Shown here one piece after another: positions 38,865-48,221 of a stretch of 64,000 bases of DNA; position 1 is the first letter of the stretch, and every line of letters starts with the position of its first letter. The DNA is from an uncultured virus (IMG/VR IMGVR_UViG_3300025502_001355). Taxonomy: Duplodnaviria; Heunggongvirae; Uroviricota; Caudoviricetes. The notes below the pieces were generated by a model. That model searched no databases, was not told where the DNA came from, and saw nothing but the letters and a program-made list of their open reading frames with translations. Made by a program: the position numbers and the translations under genes. The stretch lies in IMG/VR virus record IMGVR_UViG_3300025502_001355; one strand, given 5' to 3'.

Positions 38865-40033
38865 TATTTGTATTTGACACCTACGAACGTGGGGGTGTCT
38901 ACTTACCAAACTTAGTTACAGACAACACTATTGAATTTAGAAGCGAGCAATGGTGGGACCTTGCTATCTCCCCGCCGTACAGTTACGAATTTAGATTCCT
39001 GCGATATCTTTGGAAACACAATATCAAGTACCGTGTTGAACATGTACGTGATGTAACCGAACAGTGTGTATATCCTGTAAATCTAAATTACTTTGACCCA
39101 AGTATAGATTATATTGCATTGGTAAGTGACCGTGCTAAAGAATTGGCACGACAAGGCTTATGCACTATATGGTTCTATTACAGCGAAGGCGACAACATTG
39201 ATTGGCATATTGATCGGTGTATACGTGAGCAACTAACAAAACATAACATACCGTATCAACAGTTCAAGTTTACTATTGCTAATGCCCTAGTAGAGGGCGA
39301 GTTTTATTCTTATTTTCCAGACGACGAACTCTACTACAAGTACTTGCATGCAGATGGTGGCTATGTGATGCAAGTTAACACAGATATTAGAAGCAAAAAG
39401 TTTACTTGTCTTAACCGTGTGGACAAACCATTTAGAAGATTGTTTGCCGCAACACTAGTCGAACATGGGCTTGTTGATGACGCATACTTTAGTTACACAG
39501 ACCGCAAGTACCAAGTTGAATACGAAACAAGGGACAGTGATACTGGTAATTGGGATACTTGGGACCATACCGTATTAGAAAGATTTACTCCACCATATCG
39601 TTGTGATGATTTACAAGACTACGAACACAACTCACACAAACTAATAGATACACGTTTCTTTCAGGAGGCATATTATAATGTGATTGTTGAAACACACATC
39701 AATAACTTGTTCTTAACTGAGAAAACATTCAAGCCCATACTAAACCTACAACCATTTGTTATTGTTGGAGCATCGGGTAGTTTACAATTACTACATGAGT
39801 TGGGCTATAAGACGTTTGGGGATTATATAGACGAAAGTTATGACAGCATAGAAGATCCGGAACAACGTCTAAAACAATGTTTACATACTGTAGAACAAAT
39901 CAGCCGCATGAGCCACTCGGAACACATGGTTGATCAGCATGACATGCGTAAAATTCTCCTTCACAATCAACAGCATTTCCTATCTGATAAGTCCGCTAAG
40001 TTGTTGAATTTACTTAATAAAATAAACGGTTGA
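38861..40033 (+). CDS. Hypothetical protein, paralog of 35738-36871
   Basis: VETH...FLTEKTFKPI...LGYKTF...DESYD motif. Confidence 0.6.
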   Translation: MIFVFDTYERGGVYLPNLVTDNTIEFRSEQWWDLAISPPYSYEFRFLRYLWKHNIKYRVEHVRDVTEQCVYPVNLNYFDPSIDYIALVSDRAKELARQGLCTIWFYYSEGDNIDWHIDRCIREQLTKHNIPYQQFKFTIANALVEGEFYSYFPDDELYYKYLHADGGYVMQVNTDIRSKKFTCLNRVDKPFRRLFAATLVEHGLVDDAYFSYTDRKYQVEYETRDSDTGNWDTWDHTVLERFTPPYRCDDLQDYEHNSHKLIDTRFFQEAYYNVIVETHINNLFLTEKTFKPILNLQPFVIVGASGSLQLLHELGYKTFGDYIDESYDSIEDPEQRLKQCLHTVEQISRMSHSEHMVDQHDMRKILLHNQQHFLSDKSAKLLNLLNKING

Positions 40034-40058
40034 CGGTTTGTCCAAAATAGCCTATAAT
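40030..40058 (+). promoter_or_regulatory. Early sigma70-type promoter
   Basis: TTGACG-17-TATAAT; spacer contains GTCCAAAAT. Confidence 0.75.
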
Positions 40059-40103
40059 AGCACTTGTAGTACAGTTATTAATAATACTAATAAGGAGCTA
40101 AAA

Positions 40104-40433
40104 ATGGACGATACTACTAACAACAGAAGCGCAGGACAGTTTGCTTGGGCGGCACGTATGAACGCAGTCGGTACTAGCAATATGCACAAGCAAAATTATT
40201 CACAAGCACAACAATTAAAAGCTGAACAGATGCGTCTTGCACTTGAATTAATTTATTATCACAAGCAAGTTCACAAAACATTTCGTAAAACTAAAATAGC
40301 AATTAAAGTAGAAAACGCTAGGGTAGCGGATAAAAAAATGTTAGCTGAACTTGATGCACATTGGAAAGCGGAAGGTATTACTACTCAAAAGACACCGCAA
40401 GGCATCATATACAGCATTAAAAAAGAAAAGTAA
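40104..40433 (+). CDS. Early hypothetical protein
   Basis: SD TAAGGAGC before ATG 40104. Confidence 0.7.
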   Translation: MDDTTNNRSAGQFAWAARMNAVGTSNMHKQNYSQAQQLKAEQMRLALELIYYHKQVHKTFRKTKIAIKVENARVADKKMLAELDAHWKAEGITTQKTPQGIIYSIKKEK

Positions 40434-40474
40434 GCACACGTAACTAGCTGATTGTAAACAACTTATAATTTTGG

Positions 40475-40503
40475 TTGACTTGTTGTCCAAAATCGTCTAT
40501 AAT
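40475..40503 (+). promoter_or_regulatory. Early sigma70-type promoter
   Basis: TTGACT-17-TATAAT; spacer contains GTCCAAAAT. Confidence 0.75.
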
Positions 40504-40538
40504 ACGTAAGTATATTAACTAGTAAGGAGCTAAACAAA

Positions 40539-40772
40539 ATGACTGATAACGCATTCGAACTTATGGTAGAGCAAGACGTTGATACAGTTCTTGATACAGT
40601 AGTTAAAGACGAGTTCTACTGGAGAAACTGGTACAACGGTACAATGTTTATTAATGGTATGACAATGGATGCAATGAAAAGTGTACTGATCCAACTACGT
40701 GCAGTATACGGCAACGTGGAAATGAACAGATGCGGTGACACTGACGAATACGCATTTGACTTTTGTGAATAA
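40539..40772 (+). CDS. Early hypothetical protein
   Basis: SD TAAGGAGC; follows the promoter. Confidence 0.7.
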   Translation: MTDNAFELMVEQDVDTVLDTVVKDEFYWRNWYNGTMFINGMTMDAMKSVLIQLRAVYGNVEMNRCGDTDEYAFDFCE

Positions 40773-40785
40773 TAAGGAGATTAAA

Positions 40786-41079
40786 ATGGAACAACAATTA
40801 GAAATCCTAAAGCAAAAAATGATTCAAGACTACAACAGTCGTTGCGATAATGTAGACATGCAGAAAGAGTTTGCTGACGGTATTGAGATCCGTGAAGGCA
40901 AGAAGTATTACAAAGTTACCAGCCACCGCTGTGTTCACAGTTTTATTGTTAAGCAGGACGGTGTAAAGTTTCGCAAGGGTGACATACTTAAAGCCGCATG
41001 TTATGCCGCACCAGCAACCAACTTTGCACGTGGTAACATATTAGAAGATTTTGAAATTAGATGGACAGGAGCGTTATAA
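40786..41079 (+). CDS. Early hypothetical protein
   Basis: SD TAAGGAG; KKYYKV...VHSFI...GDILKAA...APA...RGNI. Confidence 0.7.
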   Translation: MEQQLEILKQKMIQDYNSRCDNVDMQKEFADGIEIREGKKYYKVTSHRCVHSFIVKQDGVKFRKGDILKAACYAAPATNFARGNILEDFEIRWTGAL

Positions 41080-41246
41080 TGAAAATTAAGTTTGATGAAG
41101 AATCTATGCCAGACGAACTTTATAATTCGCTACTACAACATTTTGTAAATGAAGCAGTTGGTTTAGGTGTAGAAGTTAATAAGTTTACCCAATTTAACGA
41201 TTGGGTAGTTGAGTGTGATGTGGATGTGAGGGAAATGGTACATTAA
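41079..41246 (+). CDS. Small early hypothetical protein
   Basis: TAATG overlap with the previous gene; SD AGGAGC. Confidence 0.6.
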   Translation: MKIKFDEESMPDELYNSLLQHFVNEAVGLGVEVNKFTQFNDWVVECDVDVREMVH

Positions 41247-41251
41247 AAAGG

Positions 41252-41280
41252 TTGACAGAAGGACCAAACGAGTCTATAAT
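41252..41280 (+). promoter_or_regulatory. Early sigma70-type promoter
   Basis: TTGACA-17-TATAAT; spacer contains GACCAAA. Confidence 0.8.
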
Positions 41281-41334
41281 ACACATATAATAAGAAAACA
41301 ACTGTTAATTTTATAATTTTCAAAGGAGCAATAT

Positions 41335-42372
41335 ATGTCTACAGCGTATATAAAAATTAAAAACGGTTCATATCGCAATATGGATGTCAGTGGAAAGACC
41401 TTCCAACTAGTAAAACAGTTCCAACCTGGCACCAACGGTGGATTCGTAACAGTAGAAAATGGTAACCAGTTTCCTGGGTGCCCAGAAAAACTTCGTATTA
41501 AATTAAGCAGTGTGGCTGACTACGAGTTCACAACTGACTCAGACACAGCAGTACAGCAATTGGTTACACAGGCTGAAGCAGATCCAAATGCTAATGTAGG
41601 TGACGCAGAACGTATTGAACAGATTGCTCAGCGTTTTCAAATACTAGAGGACATGACCAAAGCCGCAACACAAAACGAGATTACAGCAATGATCGTTAGC
41701 GGCCCTCCAGGAGTTGGTAAGAGTTACGGTGTGGAGAAAGAGATTGAAAAGGCTACACTGTTTGATCAGATTGCAGGACGCAGGCTACGAGCAGAAGTGG
41801 TTAAAGGTGCCGCAACACCAATTGGCTTATACCAAACACTTTACAAGTATTCGGATAAGAACTGTTTGGTTGTGTTTGATGACTGTGACTCAATCCTACT
41901 GGATGACGTTTCTCTTAACTTGCTCAAGGGTGCGTTGGACTCAGGTAAGAAACGCAAGATAAGTTGGTTAGCAGAATCCAGAGTATTGCGTAGCGAAGGC
42001 ATACCCGACTCGTTCTATTTCAAAGGCAGTGTGATTTTTATCACCAATTTGAAGTTTGACAAGGTACGCTCACAGAAACTACGTGATCACTTGGATGCAT
42101 TGCAGTCACGATGTCACTACTTGGATCTTACACTGGACAGTATGCGTGATAAAATATTGCGTATCAAACAGATTGCTAAGAGTGGTGCATTGTTTGCTGA
42201 GATGGATATTGAACAATGTGGACAAGATGATATTATTGAGTTTATGGATACTAACAAGAGCAGATTACGTGAAATGAGTTTGCGTATGGCGATTAAGATT
42301 GCACAATTATACAAGAGCTTCCCGGGTAACTGGAAAGCAATGACAGAGTCAACTTGTATGAAGAGTGCTTAA
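41335..42372 (+). CDS. AAA+ family ATPase
   Basis: GPPGVGKS, VVFDDCD, IFITN, ALQSR. Confidence 0.85.
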   Translation: MSTAYIKIKNGSYRNMDVSGKTFQLVKQFQPGTNGGFVTVENGNQFPGCPEKLRIKLSSVADYEFTTDSDTAVQQLVTQAEADPNANVGDAERIEQIAQRFQILEDMTKAATQNEITAMIVSGPPGVGKSYGVEKEIEKATLFDQIAGRRLRAEVVKGAATPIGLYQTLYKYSDKNCLVVFDDCDSILLDDVSLNLLKGALDSGKKRKISWLAESRVLRSEGIPDSFYFKGSVIFITNLKFDKVRSQKLRDHLDALQSRCHYLDLTLDSMRDKILRIKQIAKSGALFAEMDIEQCGQDDIIEFMDTNKSRLREMSLRMAIKIAQLYKSFPGNWKAMTESTCMKSA

Positions 42373-42381
42373 CGAGCAGTA

Positions 42382-42459
42382 AACCGACATTTTTGTTAGC
42401 TCCTTTTATGTCGGTTCCCTTGGGCCTATCGGATGTAATAATCCGGTAGGTCTTTTTTT
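42382..42459 (+). ncRNA. Candidate 3'UTR-derived antisense sRNA (anti-RBS stem-loop plus terminator)
   Basis: 9-bp stem AACCGACAT/ATGTCGGTT with a 17-nt loop containing TTAGCTCCTT, the reverse complement of AAGGAGCTAA at 40092 and 40524. Confidence 0.45.
42423..42459 (+). terminator. Intrinsic terminator ending the early island
   Basis: GGCCTATCGGAT-GTAATA-ATCCGGTAGGTC followed by T7. Confidence 0.85.
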
Positions 42460-42495
42460 GACTTCTTCTAATACTAGTGTATACTTATATCTAAC

Positions 42496-43653
42496 ATGCA
42501 AAAATTTACCTACGTTGAAGATTACTTAGAAATTATAAATGGTGACAGGGATCCGGTAACCAACAAGTACTACGGTATGTTCGGGAAGATAGAGCCCATA
42601 ATCAGTTTGGCTAGGTATGATGTTAGAGTAATTAACAGCATGGCCACAAGTGTCCGCGGGGGACAAGGGTTAACAGACAAGCAGGCCGAACTGGCTTGCA
42701 AACTGATTTTAAAATACAAACGACAATTGGAGGCAAAAAGAGTAGACGTTGCTCCTGTTGAAAATCCCCAGTACAGAAAGCCTTTGCGTACAATTGATCG
42801 CAGACGAATGATGTGGCTAGAGCAAGACCAAATAGTACTACAGTTTTCTTTTGAACCTAAGATTGTTGACATGGTTAGAGATGCTACTAAGATCAGTTGC
42901 GGTAGTTGGCGTTTTCATAATGAAGAAACCAAACAGTGGCGCATAGCACTAACAGAGCCCAACTTAGCCGCTACAATGTTTATTGCGAGGCATCATGATT
43001 TTGAAATTGACTCACAACTGTTTGATATTGAGAAAAAGATAACGCAGACTAAACCACAACACGTACAGTTGGATGTTGTGGACACTCAGTTGGTTATTCG
43101 TAATGCCCCTGCATCGCTGTTAGAATTTGTGACCAAGAAAGCAGGAGACATAACTATCAACAACTTAATAAAAGTTATCGATCTGGCTGGTGTGTGCTAT
43201 TTCTTAGTGAGTCAGCAAGTTGAAGACTTGTTCTTGAAAAAGTTTGAAAGCACACGCTTGTTTAACCTACTAAAAGGTAATCATGTAAACTACAACCCAG
43301 ATGCCAACAAAGAAGTGCTGGATGCACTATTTGTCTATGCACAGGTTACAGAAAGATTACCAGTTTATGTATACGAACCAGACCTTAGTAACAGACTACG
43401 CGATAAGTTTGTGTTAGGTTATTTTAACGAAGATGAGGTATTATTTGCACCACGTAACAATGAACCTATCGACACAACAGACAAAAAGGTTGTGTACTTT
43501 ACCAAATATCGTTCACACTGGCCACAGGATATTCCTTTGTTAGTAACCAGTGCTGGCATGATGCATGGTGCAGAAAAAACTTTATTGTTGCAACGTGCAG
43601 AAAAGGTTGTGTTCTTTGCTACAGAAGTGTACAATACATACAAAGGAAAATAG
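42496..43653 (+). CDS. Hypothetical protein
   Basis: 385-aa ORF preceded by TTGACT-16-TATACT. Confidence 0.65.
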   Translation: MQKFTYVEDYLEIINGDRDPVTNKYYGMFGKIEPIISLARYDVRVINSMATSVRGGQGLTDKQAELACKLILKYKRQLEAKRVDVAPVENPQYRKPLRTIDRRRMMWLEQDQIVLQFSFEPKIVDMVRDATKISCGSWRFHNEETKQWRIALTEPNLAATMFIARHHDFEIDSQLFDIEKKITQTKPQHVQLDVVDTQLVIRNAPASLLEFVTKKAGDITINNLIKVIDLAGVCYFLVSQQVEDLFLKKFESTRLFNLLKGNHVNYNPDANKEVLDALFVYAQVTERLPVYVYEPDLSNRLRDKFVLGYFNEDEVLFAPRNNEPIDTTDKKVVYFTKYRSHWPQDIPLLVTSAGMMHGAEKTLLLQRAEKVVFFATEVYNTYKGK

Positions 43654-43654
43654 A

Positions 43655-45109
43655 TTGAAAGCCAAGTTAATAATTAAAGATGAAGTTAATGTAAAGATCG
43701 AAGGACTAGAACTTGGTACCAGGACGGCATTGGTGCGCAAGTATAAGTTTGATGTTCCTGGCGCACGTTATCAACCAGCAGTCAGACTAGGACGCTGGGA
43801 TGGTAAAGTGCCATTCTTTAATCTTGGCGGTAGCACCTACATTAATATATTACCAGAGATACTTCCGTATCTAGATGAACAAGGTTACGATCTTGAAGTA
43901 GAAGACCTCAGAGACTACAGAACTAACTTTGACTTTACAGAAGTAAATGAACAAAGTTACTCACACAAAGTATGGCCCAAGAATCATCCCAAGGTTGGTG
44001 AACCAATAGAACTCAGGGACTACCAAGTTGAATTGATTAACGGCTTCTTAAAGAACCCCCAGTGCGTACAAGAAGTAGCAACAGGCGCAGGTAAAACTAT
44101 TATGACTGCGGCACTTGCTGACAAGGTTGGTGAGTACGGCCGCACTATTATTATCGTGCCCAACAAGAGCTTGGTTACACAGACAGAAGAAGACTTTGTT
44201 AACTTGGACCTGGACGTTGGTGTTTACTATGGCGATAGAAAAGAGTTTGGTCGGCTGCACACAATATGTACTTGGCAAAGCCTCAACAACATGCTTAAAC
44301 AAACTAGGAACGCAGAAGCAGATATTACTATAGGCGAGTTCTTAGAAGGTGTTGTTGGTGTTATTGTTGATGAAGTACACGGTGCTAAAGCAGACGCACT
44401 TAAAACACTGCTGAGTGGACCTATGGGATGTATCCCAATCCGTTGGGGACTAACCGGCACAATACCCAAAGAGCAGTTTGAATTCATGAGTATATTCTGC
44501 AACTTGGGACCTGTTATTGGACAACTAAGCGCACGTGAACTACAGGAAGCAGGACACCTGGCTATGTGCCATGTTAATGTTGTACAGTTAGTCGACCATA
44601 CTGAATACACCAACTACCAAAGTGAGTTAAAGTATCTGCTGGAGAACAGCGATCGTTTAGACTACATTTCAGAAATGATAAGTAAAATTACAGACACAGG
44701 TAATACACTTATTCTAGTAGACAGAATAAACTCAGGCAAAGAACTACACTCACGCTTGCCCGGTAGTGTATTTGTGTCAGGTGCAACCAAAGCATTGGAG
44801 CGAAAAGAACATTATGACGAAGTGGCAGAGGCAGAAGGTAAGATCATCATCGCCACCTATGGCGTTGCTAGTGTTGGCATTAACATTCCCCGTATTTTTA
44901 ATCTGGTTCTCATTGAGCCTGGTAAAAGTTTTGTACGGGTTATCCAGTCAATTGGTAGGGGTATTCGTAAAGCCCAAGACAAAGACTTCGTACAGATCTG
45001 GGACATAACCAGTACCTGCAAGTTCGCAAAAAGACACCTGACTAAACGTAAAGCATTTTATCGAGATGCAAACTATCCGTTTGCCGTGGAGAAAACAGAA
45101 TGGCAATAA
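43655..45109 (+). CDS. uvsW: SF2 helicase UvsW-like (TTG start inferred)
   Basis: WDGK, LRDYQ, ATGAGKT, DEVH, GLTGT, QSIGRGIR. Confidence 0.9.
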   Translation: MKAKLIIKDEVNVKIEGLELGTRTALVRKYKFDVPGARYQPAVRLGRWDGKVPFFNLGGSTYINILPEILPYLDEQGYDLEVEDLRDYRTNFDFTEVNEQSYSHKVWPKNHPKVGEPIELRDYQVELINGFLKNPQCVQEVATGAGKTIMTAALADKVGEYGRTIIIVPNKSLVTQTEEDFVNLDLDVGVYYGDRKEFGRLHTICTWQSLNNMLKQTRNAEADITIGEFLEGVVGVIVDEVHGAKADALKTLLSGPMGCIPIRWGLTGTIPKEQFEFMSIFCNLGPVIGQLSARELQEAGHLAMCHVNVVQLVDHTEYTNYQSELKYLLENSDRLDYISEMISKITDTGNTLILVDRINSGKELHSRLPGSVFVSGATKALERKEHYDEVAEAEGKIIIATYGVASVGINIPRIFNLVLIEPGKSFVRVIQSIGRGIRKAQDKDFVQIWDITSTCKFAKRHLTKRKAFYRDANYPFAVEKTEWQ

Positions 45110-45915
45110 GAAAAAAACTAATGATCACAGGGTGCAGTTTCAGTGCGCCCAGTACAGACCCTGCACTACTAGGAACCAGCTGGGGTGAAAAACTAGCGGC
45201 CAAGCTGGATTGGGATTTGGTACACCTGGCACGTCAAGGCATGAGCAATGGCGGCATACGTGTAATGGTAGATGAGATACTACGCCAAAAGCCAGACTTT
45301 GCTATAGTAGCACCCACGTTCGCTGACAGGATGGAAATACCAGGAGGTGCCGCCCCTTATGTAGCACCTAAGAATGAAAACAAAGGGTGGAACAGTGACC
45401 TACAGCAACACCTGCAAACTGATCACGGCACAGGTTATGATCCAGCGGCAGGAGTTAACAATATCAACTGGGGTAACAACAACTACAGAATGATATCAGA
45501 AACTATTTTTAGTTTAGCAGAAAACTATGATCATCATTACCGTAGTCAGCAGTTAGACAAGAATACAAACCAGGCAGTAAGACAATACATTAACTTCATG
45601 TACGACAGTAACTGGAAACTACAACAAGACAGGTGGATCATACGTGATGGCATCATGCAGTTACACTATTACAAGATCCCTTTCTTGTTGGTGGCATGTA
45701 ATATATGGACCAGTGACATGGTTAGAGATCACTTTCCTACTTCGATACCAGATCAACACTTTACACTCAAGTTTGAAGACACGCCAGCGTATGCAACCAA
45801 TGAATATCCGTTCTCGGGTGAAGACCCAGGATACCATGGTGCAGAACAAAGTCAAGAATATCTAGCAGATAGGTATGCGGACATTATAAGGAACAGGTTT
45901 ACCATAAATGACTGA
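45100..45915 (+). CDS. SGNH-like hypothetical protein
   Basis: ITGCSFS, LARQGMSN, C-terminal YH. Confidence 0.5.
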   Translation: MAIRKKLMITGCSFSAPSTDPALLGTSWGEKLAAKLDWDLVHLARQGMSNGGIRVMVDEILRQKPDFAIVAPTFADRMEIPGGAAPYVAPKNENKGWNSDLQQHLQTDHGTGYDPAAGVNNINWGNNNYRMISETIFSLAENYDHHYRSQQLDKNTNQAVRQYINFMYDSNWKLQQDRWIIRDGIMQLHYYKIPFLLVACNIWTSDMVRDHFPTSIPDQHFTLKFEDTPAYATNEYPFSGEDPGYHGAEQSQEYLADRYADIIRNRFTIND

Positions 45916-46903
45916 CAATACGTTGACACAATCGTCAGACGACTTTGATTGGTTCAAAAACAACGGTATTTACATGCCAATGATCAATGATACTGGACGT
46001 AATATTGCATACAAAGCCGCGATAGAACGTGTAGCACCAGGCAGTGTCATGTGTGACATAGGTACAGGCACAGGACTGTTAAGTATTCTAGCCGCCAAGG
46101 CCGGAGCAAAGAAAGTTTACAGCATCGAAATGGATCCAGGTCGAGCAGAGTATGCCAGAGACATGATCAGTAAACTTGGTATTACAAACATACAGGTAAT
46201 TAACAAAAACTTCTTACGTTGTAACAGATTGGATATTCCAGACGACATAGATTATTTTATTTCAGAGACCATTGGCAATCCTATCTTTAACGAGAATATT
46301 GTTGACCTGTCCAAGCATGCTAAACAGTGGGGCGGAACTTTTATTCCAGGAAAGATTGAAGTAACAGCAGAGATTTACAAGAACCATCCTATACTACCTT
46401 TAGTCTACGCCGAGTCAGAAGCCTTTGAATTTCAACCTGACATTGAGATCGACCACGCATACGAAAAAACAATTAACCACTCATTCCAGGAAAAACATCC
46501 CGCGGATAGTACACTATACAGATTCAACATGATAAACAATCTGTTTCAGCAATTGCCTCACTTTAAAGCAGATGGTATTGATTTAAAGTTTGATTGTGAA
46601 TACCAACATGAGCCATTTGTGGTTGACCTTAACGATGCCAATACCAGTGTTGATCATGTTGCCTTTACTATACCAAAGGAAAACTTACCATCCTTTTGTA
46701 AATATGAGAATTTTGTTATAATAGTAAAATGGCGAGCAAGAATGATAGATGATATTTACATGAGTGTCGAAGACACTATATGGGGCAGTCCTGCAAAAAC
46801 AGTCCTAATTAGGGTGAGAAACAAAAACTTCCCCAAACAACCCCACGCCGATATAAAAATATGGTACGACCATAGCTTTCAGAACTGGAGATTAACTTAC
46901 TAA
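45908..46903 (+). CDS. PRMT-like SAM-dependent methyltransferase
   Basis: MIND..RN.AY..AI, DIGTGTGLLS, AGAKKVYSIE, ISETIG....NE. Confidence 0.75.
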   Translation: MTDNTLTQSSDDFDWFKNNGIYMPMINDTGRNIAYKAAIERVAPGSVMCDIGTGTGLLSILAAKAGAKKVYSIEMDPGRAEYARDMISKLGITNIQVINKNFLRCNRLDIPDDIDYFISETIGNPIFNENIVDLSKHAKQWGGTFIPGKIEVTAEIYKNHPILPLVYAESEAFEFQPDIEIDHAYEKTINHSFQEKHPADSTLYRFNMINNLFQQLPHFKADGIDLKFDCEYQHEPFVVDLNDANTSVDHVAFTIPKENLPSFCKYENFVIIVKWRARMIDDIYMSVEDTIWGSPAKTVLIRVRNKNFPKQPHADIKIWYDHSFQNWRLTY

Positions 46904-47406
46904 TGAGAATACTAACACTTGATAATGTAGCATATGAACTAAATGAGATACCTGACGAAGTAGACGATATGCGTTTTGCGGTGCTAGACAATAGCGACCC
47001 TCGTAATCCTGATTACTTTTACATTCCTTTGATCTTCCTTGAATCATTTAATAGCCCGGCACTGGTATTGCGTATAGGTGACGCCCAGATTAAAATGCCT
47101 GTGGATTGGCATGTACTGATCGGAGAAGCGGACGTAGGAGACCTAGAAGTAGTTCCGTTGACAAGTATTAATGATAGAGGATTCAACACTTATATTTTTA
47201 ATCCGTTAACCGATTACAGACCAAGTTTTGCTCCTATAGAAATAGCTGACATATACCAAGATGTAAAATGGTATTTCCCTAAATTACGTCCGGGACAATT
47301 ACTTGCTATACCCTTAGATACTAATGTAAAAAAGCCAAGGTGTGCATATTTTGTTAAAGATATCTCAAGACAGAGTGAAATCGTTGACTACTCCAAGTGC
47401 TGGTAG
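46903..47406 (+). CDS. Hypothetical beta-rich protein
   Basis: TAATG-coupled 167-aa ORF. Confidence 0.65.
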   Translation: MRILTLDNVAYELNEIPDEVDDMRFAVLDNSDPRNPDYFYIPLIFLESFNSPALVLRIGDAQIKMPVDWHVLIGEADVGDLEVVPLTSINDRGFNTYIFNPLTDYRPSFAPIEIADIYQDVKWYFPKLRPGQLLAIPLDTNVKKPRCAYFVKDISRQSEIVDYSKCW

Positions 47407-47947
47407 AGCACTACTGCTGGTAGCACATCCAGATGATTGCATTATATTTGGATATCCGTTCCTGCATATTCATCCCGAATTCAAATGGGATATAATATAC
47501 CTAACCTACTTTGACAAGGATGACAGAGCACGGGAAGTAAGATCATTTTGGCGCAAGCACAACATTGATACGTATTTCCTGGGCAACCGTGATGACTACA
47601 GTTATGTAGAGCGTGGCGAGTTGGGATTCGATGGCAAAGAAGCAAAAGCAAAGATACAGTACCTGGCACGTGGCTATAGACTAATACTGACACATAATGA
47701 AGATGGTGATTATGGACACCTACACCACAAGTTTGTGCATGAGTGTGTTAAAGACATTGACATACCGCAAATTTATTTTGCTAGTACGTTCAACACCAAC
47801 TACGAATGTACATCGCCTGACTATGGGCTAGAAGATCTACCCCTGCATCGTGAAGTCATTGAGGGCTTCCAGGATAGGCTAACTGGTAGATACATAGTTA
47901 CAGAACCTGCAAGGAAATACATAGATGGATCCAAAAGATCAAATTGA
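47342..47947 (+). CDS. PIG-L/LmbE-family deacetylase (start uncertain)
   Basis: VAHPDD and THNEDGDYGHLHH. Confidence 0.8.
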   Translation: MHILLKISQDRVKSLTTPSAGRALLLVAHPDDCIIFGYPFLHIHPEFKWDIIYLTYFDKDDRAREVRSFWRKHNIDTYFLGNRDDYSYVERGELGFDGKEAKAKIQYLARGYRLILTHNEDGDYGHLHHKFVHECVKDIDIPQIYFASTFNTNYECTSPDYGLEDLPLHREVIEGFQDRLTGRYIVTEPARKYIDGSKRSN

Positions 47948-48221
47948 ATGGGAAACAGTAGAAACAGGCACCAAGTACATTTACGAAAACGACACATATG
48001 GTAATATTTGGGGTAGGCCTGTTGGCAAATCACACAGTGAAAGAGTATTAATAGGAACATACCCAGTTGACAACTGGATACAAGAATCACACTATTGGCA
48101 TAAAATTGTAACTGCCGCAAAGGGCAATCCCGCCTTGCAAGAAGCACTAGAACGTGCTAAAGTACTGTATGAACTTAGTAAGAAAGACGACGACGGACCA
48201 ACAATGCATCATCCAGTATGA
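47925..48221 (+). CDS. Hypothetical protein
   Basis: Coupled ORF; YIYE...NPALQEALERAKVLYEL. Confidence 0.6.
   Translation: MDPKDQIEWETVETGTKYIYENDTYGNIWGRPVGKSHSERVLIGTYPVDNWIQESHYWHKIVTAAKGNPALQEALERAKVLYELSKKDDDGPTMHHPV

Noticed and set aside
40038..40103. Track start of the ORF at 40038
   Set aside because: That stretch is the promoter and leader; the SD supports ATG 40104. Similar start corrections were made at 6123, 6778, 28640, 43655, 57226, 60305 and 60726
42349..42407. Minus-strand gene using AAGGAG...ATG at 42390
   Set aside because: Only 13 codons, antisense to the ATPase end, no evident promoter; the antisense-RNA reading fits better, though a micropeptide is not strictly excluded
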